A DNA stretch of 64,000 bases from Okamejei kenojei. Lineage: Eukaryota. A model generated the notes under the pieces. That model was not told the origin of the DNA. It saw only the letters and a list, made by a program, of their open reading frames with translations, and ran no database searches. The position numbers and the translations under genes were made by a program. Location: contig CM069148.1 of NCBI GenBank assembly GCA_035221665.1, positions 50,220,001-50,284,000 of the forward strand. Reading direction: 5' to 3'. This document shows positions 50,676 to 63,470 of the stretch, piece by piece; the stretch's first letter is position 1, and every line of letters begins with the position of its first letter.

Positions 50676-50777
50676 CTTTACATTTCTTCTTCCAGGTACA
50701 AATTGCTATGCACACAACACATAGGAATATGCAGATGCCACAGATGCCTCCAATAATCAGCCCAATTTTTCCATGTT
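50676..50777 (-). CDS. NCR3LG1-like: B7-H6-like gene, transmembrane exon (102 nt, phase 1-1)
   Basis: gtctgttttaacag|AA CAT GGA...TGT AAA G|gtaaac, encoding (E)HGKIGLIIGGICGICIFLCVVCIAICTWKKKCK: a hydrophobic helix plus a basic stop-transfer. Missed by the ORF track. Confidence 0.88.
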
Positions 50778-51089
50778 CTGTTAAAACAGACATAGATCTA
50801 TGAACACGTGAATAATAAATACACTAGGCCATTTACGACATTCATCAGAGACACTAGAATCAGCAGATGCTGGAATCTTGAGCAAAACACAAATTGCTGG
50901 AGGAATTCAGTGGGTCAGGCAGCATCTGCGGAGGGAATGAACAGACGATGTTTAGGGTCGGGAACATCACCTCTCCATTCCTTCCACAGATACTGCCTGA
51001 CCCGTTGAGTTCCTCCAGCGCTTATATACAATATTCCACAGAATGTATCACTAACTTATTCTACTTATCAATTGATTAATTCCCTCATT

Positions 51090-51600
51090 AAATTGGTGTA
51101 GTTCTGGTCACTCCATAACAGGAAGGATGTGGAGGCTTTGGAAAGAGTGCAGAAGAGGTTTATCAGAGTGCTTGCTTGGATTAGGGGTATCAGCTACACT
51201 GAGAGGTTGGACAGGTTTGGATTGTTTTCTTTGGAATGACGGAAGTGGAGGGAGAACTGATGGAAGTATATAAAATTATGAGAGACATAGATAAGGTAGA
51301 CAGTCGGAACATTTACCCGATAATTGTGAGAATCTGGAGAGCATAGTTTTAAGGTGAGAAGAGTAAAGTTTAAACGAGATGTACAGGGCAGGTTTTTAAA
51401 CGGACAGTGGATGCCGAGAATGCACTGGTATGTGTGGTGGAGGCAGATACGATCGTGGCGTTTGGGAGGTTTTTTAAATAGGCACATGGATATGCAGGGA
51501 ATGGAGGGACATGAACCACACACAGGCAGGAGATGAGTTTATCTTGGCATCATGTCAACACTGTGGGCCGGAGGGCCTGCTCCTGTGCTGTACTGTTCTA
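51090..51600 (+). mobile_element. Old CR1 3' fragment
   Basis: FWSLHNRKDVEALERVQKRF-like sequence and a CR1 3' UTR. Confidence 0.75.
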
Positions 51601-51947
51601 GGTTCTGTACTTAACTGGTACCCATTGTGTTTATCTCCCAGGTGTAAAACAGCTGCAGCATTTAAGATTCCAAGGATTATACATATCATCACCATGATGC
51701 AGATTATAATTAAAGTGTAATTTGATTTCTGGATGTTGTCAATTAAAAAAAATATAAAATTGCACAGACTTTGAATAAAAGAAGCAATAGATTGACTTAA
51801 ATGTTCAGGAATGTTAATAATCCTTGATTTGATGAATTGAATTGAATTGAATTGAGAGATTGAATTGATTGAACGGACCCTAAAGCCCACTAAGACCATG
51901 CTGACATTGATCATGTGTTCACACTAGTTCTATGTTTCTATCCCACT

Positions 51948-52458
51948 TTAAATGGTGGCCGATTAGGAAAAGGGGAGATGCAGCGAGACCTGGGTGTCAT
52001 GGTACACCAGTCATTGAAAGTAGGCATGCAGGTGCAGCAGGCAGTGAAAAAAGCGAATGGTATGTTAGCTTTCATAGCAAAAGGATTTGAGTACAGGAGC
52101 ACGGAGGTTCTACTTCAGTTGTACAGGGTCTTGGTGAGACCACACCTGGAGTCACAGCTTAAGGATAAGGGGGAAATCCTTTAAGACCGAGATGAGAAAG
52201 ACTTTTTTCACACAGAGAGTGGTGAGTCTCTGGAACTCTCTGCCACAGAGGGTAGTTGAGGCCAGTTCATTGGCTATATTTAAGAGTGAGTTGGATGTGG
52301 CCCTTGTGGCTAAGGGGATCAGAGGGTATGGAGAGAAGGCAGGTACGGGATACTGAGTTGGATGATCAGCCATGATCATATTGAATGGCGGTGCAGGCTC
52401 GAAGGGCTGAATGGCCTACTCCTGCACCTAATTTCTATGTTTCTATGTTTCTATGTTT
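51948..52458 (+). mobile_element. Young CR1 3' fragment with internal deletion
   Basis: LNGGRLGKGEMQRDLGV...RPHLE joined to the 3' end, with a (tttctatg)n tail. Confidence 0.88.
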
Positions 52459-53577
52459 CTCATCTTCTCCCTACAAACTAGGGGCAATTTACAGAGGGCC
52501 AATTAACCTACAATCCTGCATGTTCTTGAAACCCACGAGGTCACAGGGAGCACGGGCAAACTCCACACAGATGGCACCCGTGGTCAGGATTGAACCCCGG
52601 TCTCTGGAGCTTTGAGGCAGCAACTCTACTTGATGCAATACTGTGCTGCCCCTGGGAATGATCAGAGGTCCTTTATGTACAAGTTTCTAGACATGTGGCA
52701 ATCTGCAAAGTTGTATTATCTAGATTAATATTCTAAAACCTGATTTGTTAGACATAACCAGACAAGCATTGAACCGGTGGTGATTCAACTGTGGAACACT
52801 GCTCATTGCCCTGAATCCATTTTTGCCGCTGAGCCACACACCAACTCCATCAGTGAAGCAGTTATCTCCAGAGCTGAGGATCCTGATGCACTTCACATCT
52901 GACCCCTCACTTTATTCAAGGATGATGTACATCAGCGCTCATTACTAAAGGCTGACATTTTTAATTATTTAATTCTTAAATGCGTATTGAATCATGAGGG
53001 GAATATATGGGGTGATGCACAGAGCCTTTTACCCCCCAGCCAAAGGGAATCAAGAACCAGGGGACATAGGTGAGTGGGGAAAGATTTAATAGGAAGCTGA
53101 GGGGAAACACTCACACTCAGAGGGTAGTGGGTAAATGGAACAAGCTGCCAGAGGGAGTTGGGGCTGGTATTATAACAGCATTTAAAAGATTTTTGTACAG
53201 TACATGGATAGGAAACGTTTAGAGGGACATGGGCCAAATGCTTAGATAAGTTCAAATTCATGTGATAGGAGCAGAATTAGGCCATTCAGTCCATCAAGTC
53301 TACTCCACCTGACAATTAAGGCTGATCTATCTTTCCCACCCAATCCCAATCTCCTACCTTCTCCCCATAACCCCGACACCCATACTAATCAAGAATCTGA
53401 CAATCTGTCTTAAAAATGCCCAATGACTTGGCCTCCAAGCCGTCAGTGGCAATCAATTCCACAGATTCACCACCCTCTGACTAAAGAAATTCCTTCTCAT
53501 ATCCTGTCTAAAGGTGCATCCTTTCATTCTGAGGCTGTGGCCTCTGGTCCTAGACTCTCCCACTGTGTTCAACTCAC

Positions 53578-53892
53578 CTGGCACGGTGAGAGAAGTTTCT
53601 ATTATGAAACCATTCAGGAACGTTTGATGTCTCACTACGCATCTGTATTCATCACCATTATTGTTCAATGTCGGGTGAATCTTCAGTTCACTCTCAGCAT
53701 TGAAAGTGCGATCACCATTGGCCGTGATTTGAGTTGTATAGTTATTCATAGAAACACTTCTTCTTCCTGTTATCTTCACCCAGGTGATGTTTATGAGTCG
53801 AGGATAAAATCCATTGGCTTTGCATGTCAGAGAACCTTCTGGACCTTTCTCATTTGTGATGGACTGTGTCGCTATACTAACGTTTGGTCGAG
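53578..53892 (-). CDS. NCR3LG1-like: B7-H6-like gene, IgC1 exon (315 nt, phase 1-1)
   Basis: ttttaatgcag|CT CGA CCA...GTG CCA G|gtgagt, encoding ARPNVSI...LTCKANGFYPRLINITW...NGDRTFNAESEL...YRCVVRHQTF (canonical C1-set motifs). Confidence 0.93.
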
Positions 53893-55045
53893 CTGCATTA
53901 AAAAAATGTACATTTAAATATTAGAGGAAGAGACTGCAGGTGCTGGAGATAGAAAACAAAAGCAGACAACACTGGAAGCACTAAGTAGGTCCAAAAACAT
54001 TGTCAGGGAATAGAACAGGGCCATTTCTTCAGGCTGGGGTATCTTAATCAGAGTTAGGAATGTTAGAACCATTAGCATCTGAAGACATCAATATGTTAAA
54101 GTAGGCACATGGTGTGCTTGCATTCATTGGTTGGGGCATTGAGTAGGAAGTCATGACTCAGCTTCATAGGACTTTGTTTTACCTGTATTTAGACTGTTGT
54201 GGGCAGTTCAGTTTAGTTTATTATCACATGTAATGAGGTACATAAAATGCTTTGGGTGCGTGGTAAGACAAAACATGATTACAATCAAACCATTCACAGT
54301 GTACAGATGCATGATAAGGGAATTACGCTTAGTGCAAAATAAAACCAGTAAAGTCTGATTAAAGATAGTCCAAAGGTCATGAATGAAGTAGATAGTAGTT
54401 CAGGACTACTCTCTACTTGTGGTAGGATGGTTCTGCTGCCTGTTAATAGCTGGGAAGAAACTGTCCCTAAATCTGGAGGTGTGCGTTTTCACACTTCTGG
54501 TCACCCCATTACAGGAAGGGTCTGGATGCTTTGGAGAGAGTGCAGAGGAGGTTTACCGGAATGGATGGATTAGAGGGCAATAGCTACAGGGAGAGTTTGG
54601 ACAGACTTGGATTGTTTTCTCTGGAATGCCGGAGGTAGTAGAAAGACCTGATTGATGTATATCAAATTATGAGAGGCGCAGGTAGGGAAGACAGTTAGAA
54701 CCATTTTCCCAGGATGAAAATATCAAATACTTGAATCTGCTGCTTTATGGTGAGAGGAGCAAAGTTTAAAGGAGATGTGTAGGTGAGTTTTTTTTACACA
54801 GAGGGTGGTAGATGCCTGGAAAGCACTTTAACAGGGGTGGTGGTGGAGGCAGATACGATAGTGATATTTAGGAGACTTTTTGATAGGCACATCCAAAAAC
54901 ACCCCCTACAACTCCCACCAACTTCTGCAGATGCACCGTGGGAAGCATTTTATCGCCTTGTTTGGGAACAGCTGGAACCAAGACCGCACGATATTGCAGC
55001 GAATTGTGGACACAACTCAGACCATCACACAAACCAACCTCCCTT

Positions 55046-55340
55046 NNNNNNNNNNNNNNNNNNNNNNNNNNNNNNNNNNNNNNNNNNNNNNNNNNNNNNN
55101 NNNNNNNNNNNNNNNNNNNNNNNNNNNNNNNNNNNNNNNNNNNNNNNNNNNNNNNNNNNNNNNNNNNNNNNNNNNNNNNNNNNNNNNNNNNNNNNNNNNN
55201 NNNNNNNNNNNNNNNNNNNNNNNNNNNNNNNNNNNNNNNNNNNNNNNNNNNNNNNNNNNNNNNNNNNNNNNNNNNNNNNNNNNNNNNNNNNNNNNNNNNN
55301 NNNNNNNNNNNNNNNNNNNNNNNNNNNNNNNNNNNNNNNN
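55046..55340. other. Assembly gap
   Basis: Run of N. Confidence 1.
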
Positions 55341-56990
55341 ATCTCAGTTTTAACTGGCCTCCCCTTTATTCTTAGACTGTGGCCCCTGGTTCTGGGCTCC
55401 ATTGGGAACATTTTACTGCTATCCAGATGCGTTGTTATTACTTCTTTCATAATTGACTCCAGCATCTTCCCCACCACTGATGTCAGGCTAACTGGTCTAT
55501 AATTCCCCATTTTCTCTCTGGCTCCTTTTTTGAAAAGTGGGATAACATTAGCTTCCACAGGAACTGATCCTGAATCCATAGAACATTGGAATATGATCAC
55601 CAATGCGTCCACGATTTCTAGAGCTACTTCTTGAGTACCCTGGGATGCAGACCATCAGGCCCTGGGGATTTATCATCCTTCAGTCCCATCAGTCTACCCA
55701 ATACTATTTCTCACCTAATGCAAATTTCTTTCAGTTTCTCTGTCTCCCTAAATCCTCTGTCCTCTGGTACATCTGGGAGATTGTTTGTGTGTTCCTTAGT
55801 GAAGACAGAACCAAAGTACCTGTTCAACTCTTCAGCCATTTCCTTGTTCCCCTTAATAATTTCACCCGTGTCTGCCTTCAAGGGACCCACATTTGTCTTT
55901 ATTAATCTTTTTCTCTTAACTAAAGAACCTTTTATTATCCCTCGTTATATTCTTGACCAGCTTACCCTCGTACTTCATCCTTTCACCCCTTTTTGTTACC
56001 TTCTGTTGTCCTTTGAAAGTTTCCCAAACCTCTGGCCTCCTGCCACTCTTTGCTGTGTTATACACCTTTTCCTTTAGTTTTATTCCATCCCGAACTTCCC
56101 TTGTCACCACGGTTGCCTCTTACTTCCCTTAGAATCTTTCTTCCTCTTTGGAATGAAATGATCCTGCATCTTCTGGATTATGCCCAGAAATTCCACCATC
56201 ATTCCTGCTTGAATCCTTTTCCAGTCGACCTTAGCCAGCTCCTCTCTTTGTTCAAATGCAACACTGACACTTCTGATTTAAGCTTCTCCCTCTCAAATTG
56301 CAGATTAAAACTTATCATATTATGGTTACAACCTCCTAGCGCTTCCTTTACCTCAAGTACACTTATTAAATCTGGTTCATAAGACAACACCAAATCCAGA
56401 ATTGCCTTCTCTCTGGTACAAGCTGCTCTAAGAATCCATCTCGGAGGCACTCCACAAACTCCCTTGTTTGGGTCCAGAACCAACCTGATTTTCCCAGTCT
56501 ACCTGCATATTGAAATCTCCCATAACCACAACAGTGGCATTACCTTTGTTACATGCCAATTTTATGTCCTGCTGCAACTTGCACCCTATATCCAGGCTAC
56601 TGTTTGGGGGCCTGTGAATAACTCCCATTAGTGTCGTCTTACCTTTACAATTCCTCAATTCTATCCACAGCGACTCTACATCGTCAGTCCCTATGTCACC
56701 CCTTGCAAGGGACAGAATTTCATCCCTCACCAACAGAGCTACCCCACCTCCTCTGCCCACCTGCCTGTCCTTTCTATAGGACATATAACCCTGAATATTC
56801 AGTTCCCAGTCCCGATCCTCCTGCAGTCTCTGTAATCCCCACAATGTCATATCTACCACCCCCCTCCCCCCCCCCATTATTTAGTTTAAACCCACCCGGT
56901 TAGCAGTGACAAACCTGTCTGCCAGAATGGTGGTTCCCCAGTCTGTGCAACCCGTCCCTTTTGTACAATTCACCCTTATCCCAAAGCAGA
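55341..56990 (-). mobile_element. CR1 ORF2 fragment (endonuclease and start of RT)
   Basis: [48 protein letters not shown]. Confidence 0.9.
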
Positions 56991-57089
56991 TCCCAGTGGT
57001 CTAAGAATCTAAATCCCTGTTCATCCTTGTTTCAAACTTCCAAACCATTTCCTTGGAATTATATTCCTGAATGTTATTGTTAATCTTAC

Positions 57090-57422
57090 CTAACACTTGC
57101 ATTGTTGAAAAGCGACTGAGACTTTCAGGGACGATAAACACAGTGCACGTGTACATTCCTTCGTCAGAGATCTGGACTTTTGGAAGATGAATTGAAGCGT
57201 TTCCCTTCAGTAATTCAGCCTCAGAAATATTGGCACCAGATCGATATCGCTCTTTAGTTCCTCCTTCAAAGGAAAACACTTCTGTTTTCTCATTAAGGGT
57301 CCATATGACTGCCATCTTTTTTAAGTCAATGTTTCCAGACCCAGTAACCATGCATTTCAGAGTCACATTGTCATTTACAAATACCATCAGTGGATTTGCA
57401 AATATCTCCATCTCAAAGGTAT
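57090..57422 (-). CDS. NCR3LG1-like: B7-H6-like gene, IgV exon (333 nt, phase 1-1)
   Basis: tttttttag|AT ACC TTT...GTG TTA G|gtaaga, encoding NVTLKC...AVIW...YRSGANISEAELLKGNASIHLPKVQISDEGMYTCTVFIVP. The V-set motifs and the RxGA and CxVxxxP features resemble B7-H6; TAPBP/SIRP-like relatives are not excluded. Confidence 0.9.
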
Positions 57423-57534
57423 CTAAAAAAAGCATAAAAAACATAAATAGTGAAAGAAGTATATAATGATGACCTGATAAAATTATATAAAATTATGAGA
57501 AGCATTGTCAGCGTCCACACGGGAACCTACATCA

Positions 57535-58070
57535 TGGGCCGGGAAACACACACCACGGACTGGGAACATGGACCAAAACATGGGAAAATGGACCGGGAAC
57601 ATGGGAATCCACGCACGGACCGGGAACACGTGGACACATGCCATGGACCGGGAACACGTGAACACGCATCACGGACCGGGAACAAGGGAACATACGTCAT
57701 GGACCACGAACATGGACTGGGAACATGGGAATCCACGCACGGACCGGGAACACGTGGACACACGCCATGGACCGGGAACACGTGAACACGCATCACGGAC
57801 CGGGAACACGTGAACACGCATCACGGACCGGGAACAAGGGAACATACGCCATGGACCACGAACATGGACTGGGAACATGGGAATCCACGCCACGGACCGG
57901 GAACACGTGGACACACGCCATGGACCGGGAACACGTGGACACACGCCACGGACCGGAAACATGTGAACACGCATCACGGACCGGGAACAAGGGAACATAC
58001 GCCATGGACCACGAACATGGACTGGGAACATGGGAATCCACGCCATGGAGCGGGGACACAGGAACATGTG
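57535..58070. repeat. GC-rich minisatellite, about 28-bp variant units in an about 125-bp higher-order repeat
   Basis: Recurrent ggacCgggaacacgtg(g/a)acac / ggactgggaacatgggaatccacg. Confidence 0.9.
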
Positions 58071-59464
58071 AACCCGCCCGGATGGCCCACCCTGATAGGA
58101 GGGCCGGTGAGCATGTGGGCTGCGGGAGGGAGTGCACGGCCTCGACGGGGGAGTGGGCCGCTGGAGGCCCTGCAACAGCCTGCGGCTTGGTTGGACTGGG
58201 CGCCGCTTCAAGAGGCAGAGTGCGTGGACCAATGCGGCCTATAGCGGTGGAGCAGCAGCGGAGAACACCATGGCTACGCTTGGCCAGGCCAACCCTGCAA
58301 CACGTCAGCACAACGGGCCTTCATTGTCGGTCAAGAACCCTGCACTCACAACAACTGGGACTTGGACATGGTGCCACACTGGTGACTCTAAACTGCCTCA
58401 GTGGACCACTGCTATACTGCTCATATCTCCTCGTTATCACCTCCTCCACAGCCAAAATGGACCATTGTGCTGGCACGGATCTGTTCTGTACCTCTTCATG
58501 TCTCTAGTTTCCCTCTCCCTTGAATCTCAATCTGAAGAAGTGTCTCGGCCCTAAACATCACCTGTCCATGTTCTCCAGTGATGCTGCCTGGTCTGCTGAG
58601 TTACTCCAGCACTTTGTGCCCATCTTCGTTATAAACCATCATCTGCAGTTCCTTCCTACACAGTGGTGACTTCCTACATGGGTGACTTCAATCTACATAT
58701 AGATTGGGTGAATCAAATTGGCAGGGGTGCTGAGGAAGAGAATTTATTGGAATGTATGCGGGATAATTTTCTAAACCAACATGTAGAGGAACCAACGAGA
58801 GAGCAGACTATTCTAGACTGGGTATTGAGTATTGAGGGAGGGTTAGTTAGCAGCCTTGTTGTGCGTGGCCCCTTGGGCAAGAGTGACCATAATATGGTTG
58901 AGTTCTTCATTAGGATGGAGAGTGACATAATCAATTCAGAAACAAGGGTTCTGAACTTAAAGAAAGGTAACTTTGAGGGTATGAGACGTGAATTGGCCAA
59001 GATAGACTGGCAATTGATTCTTAAGGGGTTGACAGTGAATGTGCAATGGAAGGCATTTAAAGACTGCATGGATGAACTACAACAATTGTTGATCCCAGTT
59101 TGGCAAAAGAATAAATCAGGGAAGGTAGTGCATCTGTGGATAACAAGGGAAATGAGGGATAGTGTCAAAACCTAAAGATGAAGCATACAAAGTAGCCAGA
59201 AAAAGCAGCCTACCAGAGGATTGGGAGAAATTCAGAGTCCAGCAGAGGAGGACAAAGGGCTTAATTAGGAAAGGGAAAATAGATTATGAACGAAAACTGG
59301 GAGGGAACATAAAATCTGACTGCAAATGTTTTTATAGATATGTGGAGAAAAATATTAGTTAAAACAAATGTAGGTCCCTTGCAGTCAGAAACATGTGGAT
59401 TGATCATGGGGAACAAGGACATGGCAGACCAATTGAATAACTACTTTGGTTCTGTCTTCACTAA

Positions 59465-62400
59465 ACATAGAAACATAGAAACATAGATATTAGGTGCAGG
59501 AGTAGGCCATTCAGCCCTTCGAGCCTGCACCGCCATTCAATATGATCATGGCTGATCATCCAACTCAGTATCCCGTACCTGCCTTCTCTCCATACCCTCT
59601 GATCCCCTTAGCCACAAGGGCCACATCCAACTCACTCTTAAATATAGCCAATGAACTGGCCTCAACTACCCTCTGTGGCAGAGAGTTCCAGAGACTCACC
59701 ACTCTCTGTGTGAAGAAAGTCTTTCTCATCTCGGTCTTAAAGGATTTCCCCCTTATCCTTAAGCTGTGACCCCTTGTCCTGGACTTCCCCAACATCGGGA
59801 ACAATCTTCCTGCATCTAGCCTGTCCAACCCCTTAAGAATTTTGTAAGTTTCTATAAGATCCCCTCTTAATCTCCTAAAATTCCAGAGAGTATAAACCGA
59901 GTCTATCCAGTCTTTCTTCATAGGACAGTCCTGAGGACTGGGAGAAATTCAGAGACCAGCAGAGGAGGACAAAGGGCTTAATTAGGAAAGGAAAAATAGA
60001 TTATGAAAGAAAACTGGCAGGGAACATAAAAACTGACTGCAAAAGTTTTTTATAGATATGTGAAGAGAAAGAGGTTAGTTAAAACAAATGTAGGTCCCTT
60101 GCAGTCAGAAACAGGTGAGTTGATCATGGGGAACAAGGATATGGCGGACCAATTGAATAACTACTTTGGTTCCGTCTTCACTAAGGAAGACATAAATAAT
60201 CTGCCTGAAATAGCAGGGACTGTGGGTCAAAGGAGGAATTGAGTGAAATCCAGGTCAGTCGGGAAGTGGTGTTGGGTAAATTGAATAGATTAAAGGCCGA
60301 TAAATCCCCAGGGCCAGATAGGCTGCATCCCAGAGTACTTAAGGAAGTAGCTCAGGAAATAGTGGATGCATAGTGATAATCTTTCAAAACTCTTTAGATT
60401 CTGGAGTAGTTCCTGAGGATTGGCGGGTAGCAAATGTAACCCCTCTTTTTAAGAAGGGAGGGAGAGAGAAAACGGGGAATTACAGACCAGTTAGTCTAAC
60501 ATCGGTAGTGGGGAAACTGCTAGAGTCAGTTATTAAAGATGGGATAGCAGCACATTTGGAAAGTGGTGAAATCATTGGACAAAGTCAGCATGGATTTACA
60601 AAAGGTAAATCATGTCTGACGAATCTTGTGGAATTTTTCGAGGATGTAACTAGTAGCGTGGATAAGGGAGAACCAGTGGATGTGGTATATCTGGACTTCC
60701 AGAAGGCTTTCGACAAGGTCCCACATAAGAGATTAGTATACAAACTTAAAGCATACGGTATTAGGGGTTCAGTATTGATGTGGATAGAGAACTGGCTGGC
60801 AAACAGGAAGCAAAGAGTAGGAGTAAACGGGTCCTTTTCACAATGGCAGGCAGTAACTAGTGGGGTACCGCAGGGCTCAGTGCTGGGACCCCAGCTATTT
60901 ACAATATATATTAATGATCTGGATGAGGGAATTGAAGGCAATATCTCCAAGTTTGCGGATGACACTAAGCTGGGGGGCAGTGTTCGCTGTGAGGAGGATG
61001 CTAGGAGACTGCAAGGTGACTTGGATAGGCTGGGTGAGTGGGCAAATGTTTTGGCAGATGCAGTATAATGTGGATAAATGTGAGGTTATCCACTTTGGTG
61101 GCAAAAACAGGAAAGCAGACTATTATTTAAATGGTGGCCGATTAGGAAAAGGGGAGATGCAGCGAGACCTGGGTGTCATGGTACACCAGTCATTGAAAGT
61201 AGGCATGCAGGTGCAGCAGGCAGTGAAAAAAGCGAATGGTATGTTAGCTTTCATAGCAAAAGGATTTGAGTACAGGAGCAGGGAGGTTCTACTTCAGTTG
61301 TACAGGGTCTTGGTGAGACCACACCTGGAGTATTGCGTGCAGTTTTGGTCTCCAAATCTGAGGAAGGACATTATTGCCATAGAGGGAGTGCAGAGAAGGT
61401 TCACCAGACTGATTCCTGGGATGTCAGGACTGTCTTATGAAGAAAGACTGGATAGACTCGGTTTATACTCTCTGGAATTTAGGAGATTAAGAGGGGATCT
61501 TATAGAAACTTACAAAATTCTTAAGGGGTTGGACAGGCTAGATGCAGGTAGATTGTTCCCGATGTTGGGGAAGTCCAGGACAAGGGGTCACAGCTTAAGG
61601 ATAAGGGGGAAATCCTTTAAGACCGAGATGAGAAAGACTTTCTTCACACAGAGAGTGGTGAGTCTCTGGAACTCTCTGCCACAGAGGGTAGTTGAGGCCA
61701 GTTCATTGGCTATATTTAAGAGTGAGTTGGATGTGGCCCTTGTGGCTAAGGGGATCAGAGGGTATGGAGAGAAGGCAGGTACGGGATACTGAGTTGGATG
61801 ATCAGCCATGATCATATTGAATGGCGGTGCAGGCTCGAAGGGCTGAATGGCCTACTCCTGCACCTAATTTCTATGTTTCTATGTTTCTATGACATCCCAG
61901 GAATCAGTCTGGTGAACCTTCTCTGCACTCCCTCTATGGCAATAATGTCCTTCCTCAGATTTGGAGACCAAAACTGCACGCAATACTCCAGGTGTGGTCT
62001 CACCAAGACCCTGTACAACTGAAGTAGAACCTCCCTGCTCCTGTACTCAAATCCTTTTGCTATGAAAGCTAACATACCATTCGCTTTTTTCACTGCCTGC
62101 TGCACCTGCATGCCTACTTTCAATGACTGGTGTACCATGACACCCAGGTCTCGCTGCATCTCCCCTTTTCCTAATCGGCCACCATTTAAATAATAGTCTG
62201 CTTTCCTGTTTTTGCCACCAAAGTGGATAACCTCACATTTATCCACATTATACTGCATCTGCCAAACATTTGCCCACTCACCCAGCCTATCCAAGTCACC
62301 TTGCAGTCTCCTAGCATCCTCCTCACAGCGAACACTGCCCCCCCAGCTTAGTGTCATCCGCAAACTTGGAGATATTGCCTTCAATTCCCTCATCCAGATC

Positions 62401-63470
62401 ATTAATATATATTGTAAATAGCTGGGGTCCCAGCACTGAGCCCTGCGGTACCCCACTAGTTACTGCCTGCCATTGTGAAAAGGACCCGTTTACTCCTACT
62501 CTTTGCTTCCTGTTTGCCAGCCAGTTCTCTATCCACATCAATACTGAACCCCTAATACCGTATGCTTTAAGTTTGTATACTAATCTCTTATGTGGGACCT
62601 TGTCGAAAGCCTTCTGGAAGTACAGATATACCACATCCACTGGTTCTCCCTTATCCACGCTACTAGTTACATTCTCGAAAAATTCCACAAGATTCGTCAG
62701 ACATGATTTACCTTTTGTAAATCCATGCTGACTTTGTCCAATGATTTCACCACTTTCCAAATGTGCTGCTATCCCATCTTTAATAACTGACTCTAGCAGT
62801 TTCCCCACTACCGATGTTAGACTAACTGGTCTGTAATTCCCCGTTTTCTCTCTCCCTCCCTTCTTAAAAAGAGGGGTTACATTTGCTACCCGCCAATCCT
62901 CAGGAACTACTCCAGAATCTAAAGAGTTTTGAAAGATTATCACTAATGCATCCACTATTTCCTGAGCTACTTCCTTAAGTACTCTGGGATGCAGCCTATC
63001 TGGCCCTGGGGATTTATCGGCCTTTAATCTATTCAATTTACCCAACACCACTTCCCGACTGACCTGGATTTCACTCAATTCCTCCTTTGACCCACAGTCC
63101 CCTGCTATTTCAGGCAGATTATTTATGTCTTCCTTAGTGAAGACGGAACCAAAGTAGTTATTCAATTGGTCCGCCATATCCTTGTTCCCCATGATCAACT
63201 CACCTGTTTCTGACTGCAAGGGACCTACATTTGTTTTAAACTAACCTCTTTCTCTTCACATATCTATAAAAACTTTTGCAGTCAGTTTTTATGTTCCCTG
63301 CCAGTTTTCTTTCATAATCTATTTTTCCTTTCCTAATTAAGCCCTTTGTCCTCCTCTGCTGGTCTCTGAATTTCTCCCAGTCCTCTGGTATGCTGCTTTT
63401 TCTGGCTACTTTGTACGCATCATCCTTTGCTTTGATACTATTCCTGATTTCCCTTGTTATCCAAGGATAT
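59465..63470 (-). mobile_element. Young minus-strand CR1 (59465-59934 and 61890-63470)
   Basis: Tail (catagaaa)n at 59465. ORF2 is continuous across ...agtcctga|catcccagg. Confidence 0.9.
59933..61890 (+). mobile_element. Young plus-strand CR1, near-identical to the element it interrupts
   Basis: RT ORFs at 60373-61068 and 60860-61792, with a (tttctatg)n tail. Confidence 0.92.

Noticed and set aside
57423-57444. ORF-track start MFFMLFL as a signal peptide
   Set aside because: This is the intron polypyrimidine tract before the AG acceptor. No convincing leader exon was found in 57.4-64 kb.
57505-58507. Long ORFs, or a CRISPR-like array, in the minisatellite
   Set aside because: There are no unique spacers and no cas genes, and the context is eukaryotic. 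The ORFs are open on both strands simply because the repeat lacks stops.
60373-63219. Intact autonomous CR1
   Set aside because: The copies are 5'-truncated (no ORF1 or endonuclease) and carry frameshifts or stops.
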